Part shown: in pieces, positions 11,460 to 21,880 of the stretch
How positions within the stretch are numbered: position 1 is the stretch's first letter
Layout: the number at the start of each line of letters is the position of its first letter
From: Salmonella enterica subsp. arizonae
GTDB lineage: Bacteria; Pseudomonadota; Gammaproteobacteria; Enterobacterales; Enterobacteriaceae
Direction of reading: 5' to 3'
Length of the DNA stretch: 24,000 nucleotides
Assembly: GCF_008692845.1 (NCBI RefSeq)
Contig: NZ_VXJW01000005.1
Location: 262,165 to 286,164, forward strand
The notes under the pieces: model-generated
The model's input: only the letters and a program-made list of their open reading frames with translations
The model's database searches: none
Told to the model about the DNA's origin: nothing
Position numbers and translations under genes: made by a program

Positions 11460-12254
11460 TTACACGGCTGGCATATTGCGGCCGTAGTAAATTTCGCGCA
11501 TCTCTTTCCACAGCGCGGCGGTGATCTCCTGACGTTCGGTTTCAGTAAGATCTTCCGGTTTGGTGTGAAACATGTAGTGTTTCAGGTCGAACTCTTTGAG
11601 CAACATCTTGGTATGAAATATGTTTTCCTGATACACGTTCACATCCACCATGTCATACAGCGATTTCATATCTTCCGACATAAAATTCTGAATGGAATTG
11701 ATCTCATGGTCGATAAAGTGCTTCATGCCGTTGACGTCGCGCGTAAAGCCGCGCACGCGGTAATCGATGGTGACAATATCGGACTCTAATTGGTGGATCA
11801 GATAATTGAGCGCTTTTAGCGGTGAAATCACGCCGCAGGTTGACACTTCTATGTCGGCACGGAAGGTGCAAAGCCCGCCTTCCGGATGGCTTTCCGGATA
11901 GGTATGCACGCAGATATGGCTCTTATCGAGGTGCGCCACCACCGTTTCCGGCAGCGGGCCGGGATGTTCGGTTTGGTCGATAAGTTTCGGGTCCATCGGC
12001 TCTTCGCTCACCAGAATCGTGACGCTGGCACCCTGGGGTTCATAATCCTGACGGGCAATGTTCAGGATGTTCGCGCCGATAATGGAGCAGGTTTCCGACA
12101 GGATCTCGGTCAGTCGGTTGGCGTTATAGAGTTCGTCGATATAGGCGATATAGCCATCACGCTCTTCTGCGGTTTTGGCGTAGCAGATATCGTAAATACA
12201 AAAACTCAGGCTTTTCGTCAGATTGTTAAAGCCATGCAGTTTCAGCTTTTTCAA
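11460..12254 (-). CDS. speD: S-adenosylmethionine decarboxylase proenzyme (pyruvoyl-dependent)
   Basis: The 264-aa product is near-identical to my memory of E. coli SpeD ([28 protein letters not shown]...). The self-cleavage site [14 protein letters not shown] is present. The start codon is TTG at 12254-12252, 6 nt after a strong AAGGAGGTGA. Confidence 0.96.
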   Translation of the reverse strand: MKKLKLHGFNNLTKSLSFCIYDICYAKTAEERDGYIAYIDELYNANRLTEILSETCSIIGANILNIARQDYEPQGASVTILVSEEPMDPKLIDQTEHPGPLPETVVAHLDKSHICVHTYPESHPEGGLCTFRADIEVSTCGVISPLKALNYLIHQLESDIVTIDYRVRGFTRDVNGMKHFIDHEINSIQNFMSEDMKSLYDMVDVNVYQENIFHTKMLLKEFDLKHYMFHTKPEDLTETERQEITAALWKEMREIYYGRNMPAV

Positions 12255-12274
12255 TTTTTATCACCTCCTTAGCG

Positions 12275-13135
12275 TCACTGTGCGGACAGTGCGTCATGTA
12301 GATATTGCGGCAGCGCAAATGCAGCGGCATGAATAGCCGGGTTGTAATAGCGACATTTGAGGCCGGCGGCATGAAAACGCGCCTGAATAGTTTCACTCGA
12401 CAGGTGGCGAAGGGCGTCGTTGTCCGTCGCCCAGGCGAAAGTCATGATGCCGCCGTAATAAGTTGGAATCGCCGCCTGGTAGAAGCTGACATCGCTGAAG
12501 TAATGACTCAGCTTGCGGTGGCTGTCGAGCGCTTCATCCTGTTGCAGGAAGCATACGCCATTCTGGGCGACAAAAATCCCGCCTGGATTCAGGCAGCGCT
12601 TACAGCCTTCATAAAAGGCGGAGGTAAACAGGCTTTCGCCGGGGCCGATTGGATCGGTACAGTCGGAGATAATCACATCAAAAGTCTGGTGGGTCTGATT
12701 GACGAAATTCACGCCATCGTCGATCACCAGAGTAAAGCGCGGATCGTCGTAGCTGCCCGCATTGTGGTTAGGCAAATATTGACGACAAAATGAAACCACG
12801 CCGGCGTCAATCTCTACCATGGTAATGGTTTCAACGTTTTTATGCCGGGTGACTTCACGCAGCATCGCGCCGTCGCCGCCGCCGATAATCAGAACATGTT
12901 TCGCATGACCGTGCGCCAGCAGCGGGACGTGGGTCATCATTTCATGATAAATAAACTCGTCGCGTTCGGTGGTCTGTACCACGCCGTCCAGCGCCATCAC
13001 GCGGCCAAAGGCGGCGTTTTCAAAGATGATCAAATCCTGGTGATCGGTTTTTTCATGATACAGAACGTTGTCTACGGCAAAGTACTGACCAAACTGGTCG
13101 TGTAGCGTTTCGTGCCACATCGTATTTTCGGCCAT
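12275..13135 (-). CDS. speE: Spermidine synthase (polyamine aminopropyltransferase)
   Basis: The 286-aa product contains [34 protein letters not shown]...[15 protein letters not shown]...[13 protein letters not shown]. It lies 20 nt upstream of speD, giving the speED operon arrangement. Confidence 0.96.
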   Translation of the reverse strand: MAENTMWHETLHDQFGQYFAVDNVLYHEKTDHQDLIIFENAAFGRVMALDGVVQTTERDEFIYHEMMTHVPLLAHGHAKHVLIIGGGDGAMLREVTRHKNVETITMVEIDAGVVSFCRQYLPNHNAGSYDDPRFTLVIDDGVNFVNQTHQTFDVIISDCTDPIGPGESLFTSAFYEGCKRCLNPGGIFVAQNGVCFLQQDEALDSHRKLSHYFSDVSFYQAAIPTYYGGIMTFAWATDNDALRHLSSETIQARFHAAGLKCRYYNPAIHAAAFALPQYLHDALSAQ

Positions 13136-13362
13136 TGGCTGATACCTCCATTGTTAACACCCGTAAAAAAAGGGCGCGACATCATAGCTAACAATGACCG
13201 TAGATGCACGGTCATTATTTCAGCAATATCTCCTCGTCATACTGCAAAATGCAGGTGCATTGGCTTTACTCGCTCACCCCGGGCACTTACAGATGTCCAG
13301 GGGATTCGCTGCGTCGCCGCTTTTCTGTAACCTGGATTATGTAGAGTATAGAGAGCGGAGGA

Positions 13363-13710
13363 TTATTTAACGTAGGCTAACAGGCTCAGGGAATCGCGGG
13401 CCAGCGCTTTGCATTTTTTAGCGACGGGAATACCGATACCGCTAAGATCGCGGTAGCTGTCTTCACCCAGAGATTTCATATCGAAGGTATCGTAGTTACT
13501 AAGGTCCCACTGATTTTGCTGGGCAAAAAAAACCAGCGCGCGCCGAATCTGACTGTTAGGTAAGTTTTGATAACCACAGTCATTTTTCAGAAAAACGAAA
13601 ACCGCCGTTAAATCGGCCATATCTTCAGCTTCGGACTCAGTAAGCGCATAGCTATTCGCGCATAAGGCCATTAGGCTGCCAAACAACACGGGTCTGAAAA
13701 ACATCTTCAT
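13363..13710 (-). CDS. yacC: Small secreted protein YacC (PulS/OutS-like family)
   Basis: The internal ATG at 13710 gives 115 aa, [22 protein letters not shown]..., matching the length and sequence of E. coli YacC as I recall it. Confidence 0.85.
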   Translation of the reverse strand: MKMFFRPVLFGSLMALCANSYALTESEAEDMADLTAVFVFLKNDCGYQNLPNSQIRRALVFFAQQNQWDLSNYDTFDMKSLGEDSYRDLSGIGIPVAKKCKALARDSLSLLAYVK

Positions 13711-13845
13711 TGCTTCTACCACAGCATCAGGGAAAGTCAACGTTAGCATACTGCGGACGTAGCGACGACTTTTATTATTGGAATTGGCTGCGGCTTTTTC
13801 ATCTTGTTGTCTTGCTGTCAGGAATGGTAAAGACGCGTCGCTGGC

Positions 13846-13876
13846 TTGACCTTCCCGTTAGGGGAGGGTCTAAGCT
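13846..13876 (+). promoter_or_regulatory. CueR (MerR-family) dependent cueO promoter: -35 TTGACC, 19-bp spacer containing dyad CCTTCC-N7-GGAGGG, -10 TAAGCT
   Basis: The sequence is cTTGACCTTCCCGTTAGGGGAGGGTCTAAGCT. The over-long 19-bp spacer and the CCTTCC/GGAAGG-type dyad are the hallmark of CueR boxes (copA, cueO). It lies 35 nt upstream of the cueO start. Confidence 0.8.
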
Positions 13877-13910
13877 TAGACACCCGCCTGTTCATTATAA
13901 GGAAATGATT

Positions 13911-15521
13911 ATGTTACGCCGTGATTTCTTAAAATATTCAGTGGCGTTGGGGGTTGCATCAGCGCTGCCGCTATGGAGCCGCGCCGCTTTTGCCGCCGAA
14001 CGCCCCGCGTTACCTATTCCTGAGCTGTTAACGGCAGATGCGAGCAACCGTATGCAGTTAATTGTTAAAGCCGGTCAGTCGACCTTCGCCGGTAAAAACG
14101 CGACGACCTGGGGCTACAATGGGAATTTGCTGGGGCCGGCGGTACAGCTTCACAAAGGAAAAAGCGTAACTGTTGATATCTATAACCAACTGGCCGAAGA
14201 CACGACGCTTCACTGGCATGGTCTGGAGATTCCGGGCGTTGTCGACGGCGGCCCGCAGGGGATTATTCCCGCTGGCGGAACCCGCACGGTGACGTTTACG
14301 CCGGAGCAACGCGCCGCGACCTGCTGGATCCATCCGCATAAACATGGCAAAACCGGGCGCCAAGTGGCGATGGGACTTGCCGGACTGGTGCTGATCGAAG
14401 ATGACGAGATTCGCAAATTGCGCCTGCCGAAACAGTGGGGCATCGACGATGTGCCGGTGATTATTCAGGATAAGCGCTTCTCCGCCGATGGTCAGATTGA
14501 TTATCAACTGGATATCATGACCGCCGCCGTCGGCTGGTTTGGCGATACGCTTTTGACCAATGGCGCTATCTACCCGCAGCATTCCGCGCCAAAAGGCTGG
14601 TTACGCCTGCGCTTGCTGAATGGTTGTAACGCGCGTTCGCTGAATATCGCCGCCAGCGATCGTCGCCTGCTTTATGTGATCGCCAGCGATGGCGGCCTGC
14701 TGGCGGAGCCGGTGAAAGTCACCGAGTTGCCGTTATTAATGGGCGAGCGTTTTGAAGTGCTGGTGGATATCAGCGACGGGAAAGCCTTTGATCTGGTGAC
14801 GCTGCCGGTCAGCCAGATGGGAATGGCGATCGCTCCGTTTGATAAACCGCATCCGGTGATGCGTATCCAGCCGCTGCGGATTACCGCCTCCGGTACGCTG
14901 CCGGATACGTTGACGACGATGCCGGCGTTGCCGTCGCTGGAAGGGCTGACGGTGCGCAACCTGAAACTGTCGATGGACCCGCGCCTTGATATGATGGGGA
15001 TGCAAATGCTGATGAAAAAATATGGCGCTCAGGCGATGAGCGGCATGGATCATGACAGCATGAACGCGCATATGCAGGGCGGCAATATGGGGCATGGCGA
15101 GAGGGATCACAGCAACATGAACCATGGCGGGATGAATCATAGTTCGATGGGTAATATGAATCACGGCGGAAAATTCGACTTCCATAATGCCAACTTTATC
15201 AACGGGCAGGTATTCGATATGAACAAACCCATGTTCGCGGCGCAAAAAGGTCGCCATGAACGTTGGGTTATTTCCGGCGTGGGCGATATGATGCTGCATC
15301 CTTTCCATATTCACGGCACGCAGTTCCGTATTTTGTCAGAGAATGGTAAAGCGCCGGCGGCCCACAGAACGGGCTGGAAGGATACGGTACGCGTTGAAGG
15401 CGGTATCAGCGAAGTGCTGGTCAAGTTCGATCACGACGCGCCGAAGGAACATGCCTATATGGCGCACTGTCATCTGTTAGAACATGAAGATACGGGAATG
15501 ATGTTAGGATTTACGGTCTAA
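13911..15521 (+). CDS. cueO: Periplasmic multicopper (cuprous) oxidase CueO, Tat-exported
   Basis: ATG at 13911 after AAGGAA gives 536 aa. The twin-arginine signal is [28 protein letters not shown]. The copper-site motifs HWHG, WIHPH, HPFHIHG and [13 protein letters not shown] are present. The Met/His-rich insert is longer than in E. coli (516 aa). Confidence 0.96.
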   Translation: MLRRDFLKYSVALGVASALPLWSRAAFAAERPALPIPELLTADASNRMQLIVKAGQSTFAGKNATTWGYNGNLLGPAVQLHKGKSVTVDIYNQLAEDTTLHWHGLEIPGVVDGGPQGIIPAGGTRTVTFTPEQRAATCWIHPHKHGKTGRQVAMGLAGLVLIEDDEIRKLRLPKQWGIDDVPVIIQDKRFSADGQIDYQLDIMTAAVGWFGDTLLTNGAIYPQHSAPKGWLRLRLLNGCNARSLNIAASDRRLLYVIASDGGLLAEPVKVTELPLLMGERFEVLVDISDGKAFDLVTLPVSQMGMAIAPFDKPHPVMRIQPLRITASGTLPDTLTTMPALPSLEGLTVRNLKLSMDPRLDMMGMQMLMKKYGAQAMSGMDHDSMNAHMQGGNMGHGERDHSNMNHGGMNHSSMGNMNHGGKFDFHNANFINGQVFDMNKPMFAAQKGRHERWVISGVGDMMLHPFHIHGTQFRILSENGKAPAAHRTGWKDTVRVEGGISEVLVKFDHDAPKEHAYMAHCHLLEHEDTGMMLGFTV

Positions 15522-15539
15522 TCGATGTCTCCGACGCAG

Positions 15540-15592
15540 GCCGGGTAAGGCGAAGCCGCCACCCGGCATAATGCCCGGCATGCGCCGGGCAT
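15540..15592. repeat. Two REP-like GC-rich hairpins between convergent cueO and gcd (probable bidirectional terminator)
   Basis: The first is gccgggt-N14-acccggc (15540-15567). The second is the perfect 9-bp palindrome atgcccggc-atgc-gccgggcat (15571-15592). The GCCGG..CCGGC cores are typical of enterobacterial REP units. Confidence 0.6.
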
Positions 15593-15598
15593 TAATGG

Positions 15599-17992
15599 TT
15601 ATTTCGCGTCGTCAGGCAAAGCATAGGCCACGATATAGTCGCCCATCTTCGTACCAAACGAACCGTGGCCTCCGGCAGAAACGACCACGTACTGCTTACC
15701 GTTTACCTCATAGGTCATCGGCGTTGCCTGGCCTCCGGCGGGTAAACGTCCCTGCCACAGTTTTTCCCCGTTGCTCATGTTATAAGCGCGCAGATAATTG
15801 TCGGCGGTCGCGGCGATAAACAGCACGTTACCGGCGGTTGAGATTGGCCCGCCCAGCATTGGCATCCCCATGTTGAACGGCACCGGAACCGGCATCGGGA
15901 ACGGCATACTGTCGCGCGGCGTCCCTATGCGTTTCTTCCACACGATTTCATTGGTCTTCAGATCCAACGCGGAAATATAGCCCCAGGCCGGTTGTTTACA
16001 CGGCAGGCCAAACGGCGAAAGGAACGGATTCAGCGTGACGCCGAACGGTACGCCGTACTGTGGCTGAATACCCGCTTCTGTACCGGTGCCTTTTGCGTCT
16101 TTCGGCGGTTCCATCGGGTTGCCCGGCCCGCGGGGAATCAGTCTGGAGACAAACGGCAGCGCCATCGGGTTAGCGATAGCGACCTGACGGTCCGGATCGA
16201 CGGAAATACCGCCCCATTCAAACATCCCCAGGTTGCCAGGGAATACCAGCGTGCCCTGCTCGGACGGCGGGGTGAAGATACCTTCATAGCGTAACTGGTG
16301 GAACATGACGCGGCACACCAGTTGGTCGAACATGGTCGCGCCCCACATATCTGCGCCGGAGAGATCTTTTTTCGGGCGGAATGTTAAATCAGAGAACGGC
16401 TGGGTTTTGGCGACATAATCGCCTTTTGCCGCGCCTTGCGGTACTGGTGTTTCCGGGGCGGGCACGATCAGTTCGCCATTACGTCTGTCCAGCACAAAGA
16501 TATTACCGGTTTTAGCTGGCGCATAGATAACCGGAACGGTTTTACCGTCAACGGTAATATCCGCCAGCGTCGGCTGTGCCGGCAGGTCCATATCCCACAG
16601 ATCGTGATGGACGGTCTGATAACTCCAGGCCAGTTTCCCGGTACTGGCATTCAGCGCCAGGATGGAGCTAGCATAACGCTCCTGCTCCGGCGTGCGATTA
16701 CCGCCCCAGATATCCGGCGTGGTCACACCCATCGGCAGATAGACCAGATCCAGTTTCGCATCATAGGCGGCAGGCGCCCATGAGTTCGGCGAGTTAAAGG
16801 TAAAAGAGTGCTCATCGGACGGAATAGCGTTCGGATCTTTCGCTCCCGGATCGAAAGCCCACATCAGTTTGCCGGTATTCACATCAAAACCACGGATAAC
16901 GCCGGACGTTTCACGGGTGGAGAAGTTATCCGTGACCGAACCGGCAATGACGATGGTTTTATCGGTGATAATCGGCGGAGACGTCGGTTCATACAGCCCC
17001 GGCGTGGTATCCGGCATATTGGTTTGCAGATTCAGGACGCCTTTGTTGGCGAAGGTTTCACACAGCTTGCCGGTTTCGGCATTCACCGCGAAAAGGCGAC
17101 CGTCATTGACCGGGAGGATAATGCGGCGCGGACAGTCGGCGATGACCTCCGGCGAGGCGGTATCCGCTTTGGCTTCATGATAAGAGACGCCGCGGCAGGT
17201 GACGTGCTGGAAGGACTCATTGGTCTTCAACTGGGGATCAAAATGCCACTTCTCTTTACCGTTGGCGGCGTCCAGCGCGAACAGACGCTGGTGAGCCGTA
17301 CACAGGTAGAGCGTATCGCCGACTTTAATCGGGGTGACTTCATTGGTGATTTCGCCCGGATCGTTTGGTTGTTTCAGATCGCCGGTGCGGAAGACCCACG
17401 CTTCTTTCAGTTGGTGAACGTTATCCGCATTGATCTGTTTCAGCGGCGAGTAGCGTTGACCTTCCTGATTACGTCCATAGGCTGGCCAGTCCTCGTCGGC
17501 GATCGGCGAGCTTGTTTCGGCAGCAGGTGTGGCGTCGGCGCGAAGCGTACCGTTGATCTCCTGCGGGTCGTTGAAGCCAGCCCAGGTCAGAATGCCGCCG
17601 CTAATCAGCAGCGCCACGACCAGCGCCCCCACTGCGCCGCGGGAAGGAACCACCAGTCGATGCCAGACAAACGGCAATATTAGCCAGATGCCGAAAAATA
17701 CCAGGATATCGCTACGCGGCGTGAGCGCCCAGAAGTCGAACCCGACTTCCCATACGCCCCAAATCATTGTCGCCAGCAGCAGGGCGGCATATAGCCACAG
17801 CGCAGCGCGTTTACTACGCCATAGCAACCCGGCCACGGCTAGCATCACGACGCCCACGATGGGGTAGTACCAGGAACCGCCGATGGCGACCAGCCAGACA
17901 CCTCCGATAAGAAGATACAGCCCGCAAAGCGCTGCGAAGAGGGCCGTCAGCGTCACGAGTAATCGTGGCGATCGTGCGTTATTTTCTGCCAT
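15599..17992 (-). CDS. gcd: Membrane-bound PQQ-dependent glucose dehydrogenase
   Basis: Starting at MAENNARSPRLLVTLTALFAALCGLYLL (ATG at 17992) gives 797 aa (E. coli 796). There are hydrophobic N-terminal helices and a beta-propeller body, ending ...GSFGTKMGDYIVAYALPDDAK. Confidence 0.96.
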   Translation of the reverse strand: MAENNARSPRLLVTLTALFAALCGLYLLIGGVWLVAIGGSWYYPIVGVVMLAVAGLLWRSKRAALWLYAALLLATMIWGVWEVGFDFWALTPRSDILVFFGIWLILPFVWHRLVVPSRGAVGALVVALLISGGILTWAGFNDPQEINGTLRADATPAAETSSPIADEDWPAYGRNQEGQRYSPLKQINADNVHQLKEAWVFRTGDLKQPNDPGEITNEVTPIKVGDTLYLCTAHQRLFALDAANGKEKWHFDPQLKTNESFQHVTCRGVSYHEAKADTASPEVIADCPRRIILPVNDGRLFAVNAETGKLCETFANKGVLNLQTNMPDTTPGLYEPTSPPIITDKTIVIAGSVTDNFSTRETSGVIRGFDVNTGKLMWAFDPGAKDPNAIPSDEHSFTFNSPNSWAPAAYDAKLDLVYLPMGVTTPDIWGGNRTPEQERYASSILALNASTGKLAWSYQTVHHDLWDMDLPAQPTLADITVDGKTVPVIYAPAKTGNIFVLDRRNGELIVPAPETPVPQGAAKGDYVAKTQPFSDLTFRPKKDLSGADMWGATMFDQLVCRVMFHQLRYEGIFTPPSEQGTLVFPGNLGMFEWGGISVDPDRQVAIANPMALPFVSRLIPRGPGNPMEPPKDAKGTGTEAGIQPQYGVPFGVTLNPFLSPFGLPCKQPAWGYISALDLKTNEIVWKKRIGTPRDSMPFPMPVPVPFNMGMPMLGGPISTAGNVLFIAATADNYLRAYNMSNGEKLWQGRLPAGGQATPMTYEVNGKQYVVVSAGGHGSFGTKMGDYIVAYALPDDAK

Positions 17993-18050
17993 AAAAAGAC
18001 ACCATCCCAAATTGTTAATTTTTTAGTAGCAATTAAGTATAGGAATTAAC

Positions 18051-18072
18051 ATGTGTGATCGTCATCACAAAA
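18051..18072. promoter_or_regulatory. Consensus CRP site (TGTGA-tcgtca-TCACA) in the gcd/hpt divergent region
   Basis: atgTGTGAtcgtcaTCACAaaa has both half-sites perfect (18054-18058 and 18065-18069). As far as I recall, cAMP-CRP control of gcd and hpt has been reported in E. coli. Confidence 0.75.
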
Positions 18073-18197
18073 TGAGCTTTCTTATCAAATGCCGCGAATG
18101 AATTCGTTTACTGGTATACTGCGTGCCTTGCGCGTCAATGCGGCGTTATTGTCAACCGGCATTGAGTGATTTGTTTTTAAATCATATGGTTATAAAG

Positions 18198-18734
18198 ATG
18201 AAACATACTGTAGAAGTCATGATCCCCGAAGCGGAGATCAAAGCACGTATTGCCGAACTGGGTCGTCAGATTACCGAACGTTATAAAGACAGCGGCAGTG
18301 AAATGGTGCTGGTTGGTCTGTTGCGTGGCTCATTTATGTTTATGGCGGACCTGTGTCGTGAAGTTCAGATTCCTCATGAAGTCGATTTTATGACCGCCTC
18401 CAGTTATGGTAGCGGCATGTCTACCACCCGCGACGTGAAAATCCTGAAAGATCTGGATGAGGATATTCGTGGCAAAGACGTGCTGATTGTCGAAGATATT
18501 ATTGATTCCGGTAATACGCTGTCGAAGGTCCGTGAAATCCTGGGCCTGCGCGAGCCGAAATCGCTGGCGATTTGTACGCTGCTGGATAAGCCATCTCGCC
18601 GTGAAGTGGATGTTCCGGTGGAGTTTATCGGCTTTTCTATCCCCGATGAGTTCGTTGTGGGTTACGGCATTGACTACGCCCAGCGTTACCGCCATCTACC
18701 GTATGTCGGTAAAGTGGTGCTGCTGGACGAGTAA
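18198..18734 (+). CDS. hpt: Hypoxanthine phosphoribosyltransferase
   Basis: ATG at 18198 gives 178 aa, [30 protein letters not shown]... The PRPP motif [13 protein letters not shown] is present. An in-frame ATG at 18186 (+4 aa) is an alternative start. Confidence 0.93.
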   Translation: MKHTVEVMIPEAEIKARIAELGRQITERYKDSGSEMVLVGLLRGSFMFMADLCREVQIPHEVDFMTASSYGSGMSTTRDVKILKDLDEDIRGKDVLIVEDIIDSGNTLSKVREILGLREPKSLAICTLLDKPSRREVDVPVEFIGFSIPDEFVVGYGIDYAQRYRHLPYVGKVVLLDE

Positions 18735-18770
18735 GAACAGAAAGGCTGGGGAGCGTCGTGCTGTTGTAGG

Positions 18771-18795
18771 CCGGGCAAGCAAAGCGCCCCCGGCA
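18771..18795. repeat. REP-like hairpin between convergent hpt and can
   Basis: gccggg-caagcaaagcgcc-cccggc, preceded by gtag. The element type is the same as at 15540-15592. Confidence 0.5.
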
Positions 18796-18810
18796 ACCCC
18801 GCCAGATGGC

Positions 18811-19473
18811 TTATTGATGGTTAATATATTTCAGACTTAGGGCGGAAATACCCTTATGGTAGCCGTTCTCCAGCGTTTCCCTGTTGGTGGCGGTGACGTC
18901 GAGATCGCGCAGCAGGCCGTCATTGATACTGTACGCCCAGCCGTGAATGGTCACATTCTGCCTGCGTTTCCACGCTGATTGCATAATGGTGGAATGTCCC
19001 AGGTTATAGACCTGCTCCATAACGTTCAATTCGTAGAGCGCGTCCAGACGTTGTTCTTCGGGCATTTTTCCCAATAGCGAGCTATGTTTAAGCCAGATGT
19101 CGCGGATATGCAGCAGCCAGTTGTTAATCAAACCCAGCTCAGGGTTTTCCACCGCAGCCTTGATACCGCCGCAACCGGAGTGGCCGCAAATGATAATATG
19201 CTCAACTTCCAGAACATCTACCGCATACTGAACCACGGAGAGGCAGTTCAGGTCGGTGTGAATAACCAGGTTAGCCACATTGCGATGAACAAATAATTCG
19301 CCCGGCTCAAGTCCGGTTAAACGTTCTGCGGGAACGCGGCTGTCGGAACATCCAATCCATAGAAAGCGTGGTTTTTGCGCTTGCGCCAGTTTCTCAAAAA
19401 ATCCAGGGTCCTCTTCCACCAGCATTTTTGACCATAGTGCATTGTTGCTGATGAGTGTATCTATGTCTTTCAT
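18811..19473 (-). CDS. can: Beta-class carbonic anhydrase 2
   Basis: The internal ATG at 19473 gives 220 aa, [50 protein letters not shown]... The zinc-site motifs CSDSR and HSGCGG are present. Confidence 0.95.
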   Translation of the reverse strand: MKDIDTLISNNALWSKMLVEEDPGFFEKLAQAQKPRFLWIGCSDSRVPAERLTGLEPGELFVHRNVANLVIHTDLNCLSVVQYAVDVLEVEHIIICGHSGCGGIKAAVENPELGLINNWLLHIRDIWLKHSSLLGKMPEEQRLDALYELNVMEQVYNLGHSTIMQSAWKRRQNVTIHGWAYSINDGLLRDLDVTATNRETLENGYHKGISALSLKYINHQ

Positions 19474-19581
19474 GGAGGTTAACGACCTGTAACCAAATAA
19501 GTGCGTTGGGCTAATATAGGGCAACTCCGTAATTATTTAAACCACATATAAAGTGTAAGAACGTAAAGTAAGTGAGAATTT

Positions 19582-20508
19582 ATGACCATTGCGCTGGAAC
19601 TTCAACAAGTTAAAAAAACTTATCCCGGCGGCGTTCAGGCGCTGCGCGGCATAGATTTACAGGTCGAAGCAGGGGATTTTTACGCGCTTCTGGGGCCAAA
19701 TGGAGCAGGGAAATCAACCACCATCGGTATTATCAGCTCATTGGTTAACAAAACGTCAGGGCGTGTTAACGTTTTTGGTTACGACCTGGAAAAAGACGTG
19801 GTTAACGCCAAGCGACAGCTTGGGCTGGTACCGCAGGAGTTTAACTTTAATCCGTTTGAAACAGTGCAACAGATCGTGGTGAATCAGGCCGGTTATTACG
19901 GCGTGGAATATAAAGAGGCGGTATTACGCAGCGAAAAGTATTTAAAGCAGCTCGATCTGTGGGAAAAACGTAATGAACGCGCGCGGATGCTTTCCGGTGG
20001 GATGAAACGCCGCCTGATGATTGCCCGCGCGCTGATGCACGAGCCTAAGCTATTGATTCTCGACGAGCCAACGGCGGGCGTCGATATCGAACTGCGCCGC
20101 TCGATGTGGGGATTTCTGAAGGACTTAAACGCCAAAGGCACCACGATTATTCTTACCACTCACTATCTGGAAGAGGCGGAAATGCTGTGCCGCAATATTG
20201 GTATTATTCAGCACGGCGAGTTGGTGGAAAATACCTCAATGAAAAATCTGCTTTCAAAGCTGAAGTCGGAGACGTTTATTCTGGATTTAGCGCCAAAAAG
20301 CCCGCTACCTAAGCTGGCGGGTTATCAATATCGTCTGGTGGATACCTCGACTCTGGAAGTCGAAGTGTTACGCGAGCAGGGGATTAATAGCGTCTTTAGT
20401 CAACTGAGCGAGCAGGGAGTTCAGGTATTAAGTATGCGTAATAAAGCCAACCGTCTGGAAGAACTGTTTGTGTCGTTGGTGCATGAAAAACAAGGAGATC
20501 GGGCATGA
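19582..20508 (+). CDS. yadG: ABC transporter ATP-binding protein YadG
   Basis: The 308-aa product has Walker A GPNGAGKST, signature LSGGMKRRL and Walker B LLILDEPT. It matches my memory of E. coli YadG. Confidence 0.92.
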   Translation: MTIALELQQVKKTYPGGVQALRGIDLQVEAGDFYALLGPNGAGKSTTIGIISSLVNKTSGRVNVFGYDLEKDVVNAKRQLGLVPQEFNFNPFETVQQIVVNQAGYYGVEYKEAVLRSEKYLKQLDLWEKRNERARMLSGGMKRRLMIARALMHEPKLLILDEPTAGVDIELRRSMWGFLKDLNAKGTTIILTTHYLEEAEMLCRNIGIIQHGELVENTSMKNLLSKLKSETFILDLAPKSPLPKLAGYQYRLVDTSTLEVEVLREQGINSVFSQLSEQGVQVLSMRNKANRLEELFVSLVHEKQGDRA

Positions 20509-21275
20509 TGCAGCTTTACTGGGTTGCCCTTAAAAGCATTTGGGCGAAAGAGATCCACCGCTTTATGCGCATCTGGGTACAAACGCTGGTGCCGCCCGTC
20601 ATCACCATGACGCTCTATTTTATTATTTTCGGCAACCTGATCGGTTCGCGCATCGGCGAAATGCATGGTTTTAGCTATATGCAATTTATTGTGCCGGGCC
20701 TGATTATGATGGCAGTCATTACCAACTCCTACGCCAATGTGGCATCGTCATTTTTTAGCGCCAAGTTTCAGCGTAATATTGAGGAACTACTGGTCGCGCC
20801 GGTACCGACGCATGTGATCATCGCCGGGTTTGTCGGCGGCGGCGTGGCGCGCGGACTGTGCGTGGGGATTCTGGTGACGGCGATTTCGCTCTTTTTCGTT
20901 CCTTTCCAGGTGTATTCCTGGATATTTGTCGCGCTAACGCTGATTCTGACCGCGATTTTGTTCTCGCTGGCTGGGTTGTTGAACGCCGTGTTTGCGAAAA
21001 CCTTTGATGATATTAGCCTGATCCCAACCTTTGTGCTGACGCCGTTGACCTACCTCGGCGGGGTATTTTACTCGCTGACGCTGCTGCCGCCGTTCTGGCA
21101 AGGGTTGTCGCACCTGAACCCGATTGTCTACATGATAAGTGGTTTCCGTTATGGTTTCCTCGGTATCCATGATGTGCCGCTGGTGACGACGTTTGGCGTA
21201 CTGGTGATCTTTATCGCCGCTTTCTACCTGCTTTGCTGGTCGCTGATCCAGCGCGGACGCGGTTTGCGTAGCTGA
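20505..21275 (+). CDS. yadH: ABC-2 type transporter permease YadH
   Basis: The 256-aa polytopic hydrophobic protein has its start overlapping the yadG stop (ATGA, 20505-20508), indicating translational coupling. Confidence 0.9.
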   Translation: MMQLYWVALKSIWAKEIHRFMRIWVQTLVPPVITMTLYFIIFGNLIGSRIGEMHGFSYMQFIVPGLIMMAVITNSYANVASSFFSAKFQRNIEELLVAPVPTHVIIAGFVGGGVARGLCVGILVTAISLFFVPFQVYSWIFVALTLILTAILFSLAGLLNAVFAKTFDDISLIPTFVLTPLTYLGGVFYSLTLLPPFWQGLSHLNPIVYMISGFRYGFLGIHDVPLVTTFGVLVIFIAAFYLLCWSLIQRGRGLRS

Positions 21276-21281
21276 TACGGT

Positions 21282-21316
21282 TCTCCTCTTCTCCTGGCGG
21301 GAAGAGGAGACTTTTG
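21282..21316 (+). terminator. Rho-independent terminator of yadGH
   Basis: The perfect 10-bp stem tctcctcttc/gaagaggaga (21282-21291 / 21301-21310) has a 9-nt loop and is followed by cttttg. It begins 7 nt after the yadH stop. Confidence 0.75.
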
Positions 21317-21379
21317 ACGGCTGTCATCATTCTTAATTTATCACTCTGATAAACTACTTGTCTGCTAAGGAGGTAGGCT

Positions 21380-21820
21380 ATGTTAGGTTGGGTGATAACC
21401 TGCCATGACGATCGCGCACAGGATATGCTTGATTGCCTGGAGAAAAAAAATGGTCCGCTGGCGCAATGCCGGGCGGTCAATTTTTGGCGCGGCCTGAGCT
21501 CGAATATGCTGAGCCGCATGATGTGTGATGCCCTCCATGCCACAGACTCCGGTGAAGGCGTGATATTTTTAACCGACATTGCCGGCGCGGCACCTTATCG
21601 TGTGGCGTCCTTGATGAGCCATAAACATTCTCAATGCGAAGTCATTTCAGGCGTCAGCTATTCATTAATGGAGGAAATGCTTCCGCTGCGGGAGTCGATG
21701 AGCAGTTCAGCATTTCGCGACCAGATTGTCGCGCTTGGCGCGCCGGATGTCACCAGCCTCTGGCATCAGCAGCAGAAAAATCCGCCTTTTGTATTGCTGC
21801 ATGATTTGTATGAGTTTTGA
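21380..21820 (+). CDS. yadI: PTS EIIA-type (mannose family) protein YadI
   Basis: The 146-aa product begins MLGWVITCHDDRAQ (His9-type phospho-site context). AGGAGG lies 7 nt upstream of the start. It matches E. coli YadI in length and sequence as I recall it. Confidence 0.88.
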   Translation: MLGWVITCHDDRAQDMLDCLEKKNGPLAQCRAVNFWRGLSSNMLSRMMCDALHATDSGEGVIFLTDIAGAAPYRVASLMSHKHSQCEVISGVSYSLMEEMLPLRESMSSSAFRDQIVALGAPDVTSLWHQQQKNPPFVLLHDLYEF

Positions 21821-21880
21821 TCAATAACATTGGCGATGCTTTTGCTACAATAACGCGTTTTTTCGCCTCGGTTATGACAT

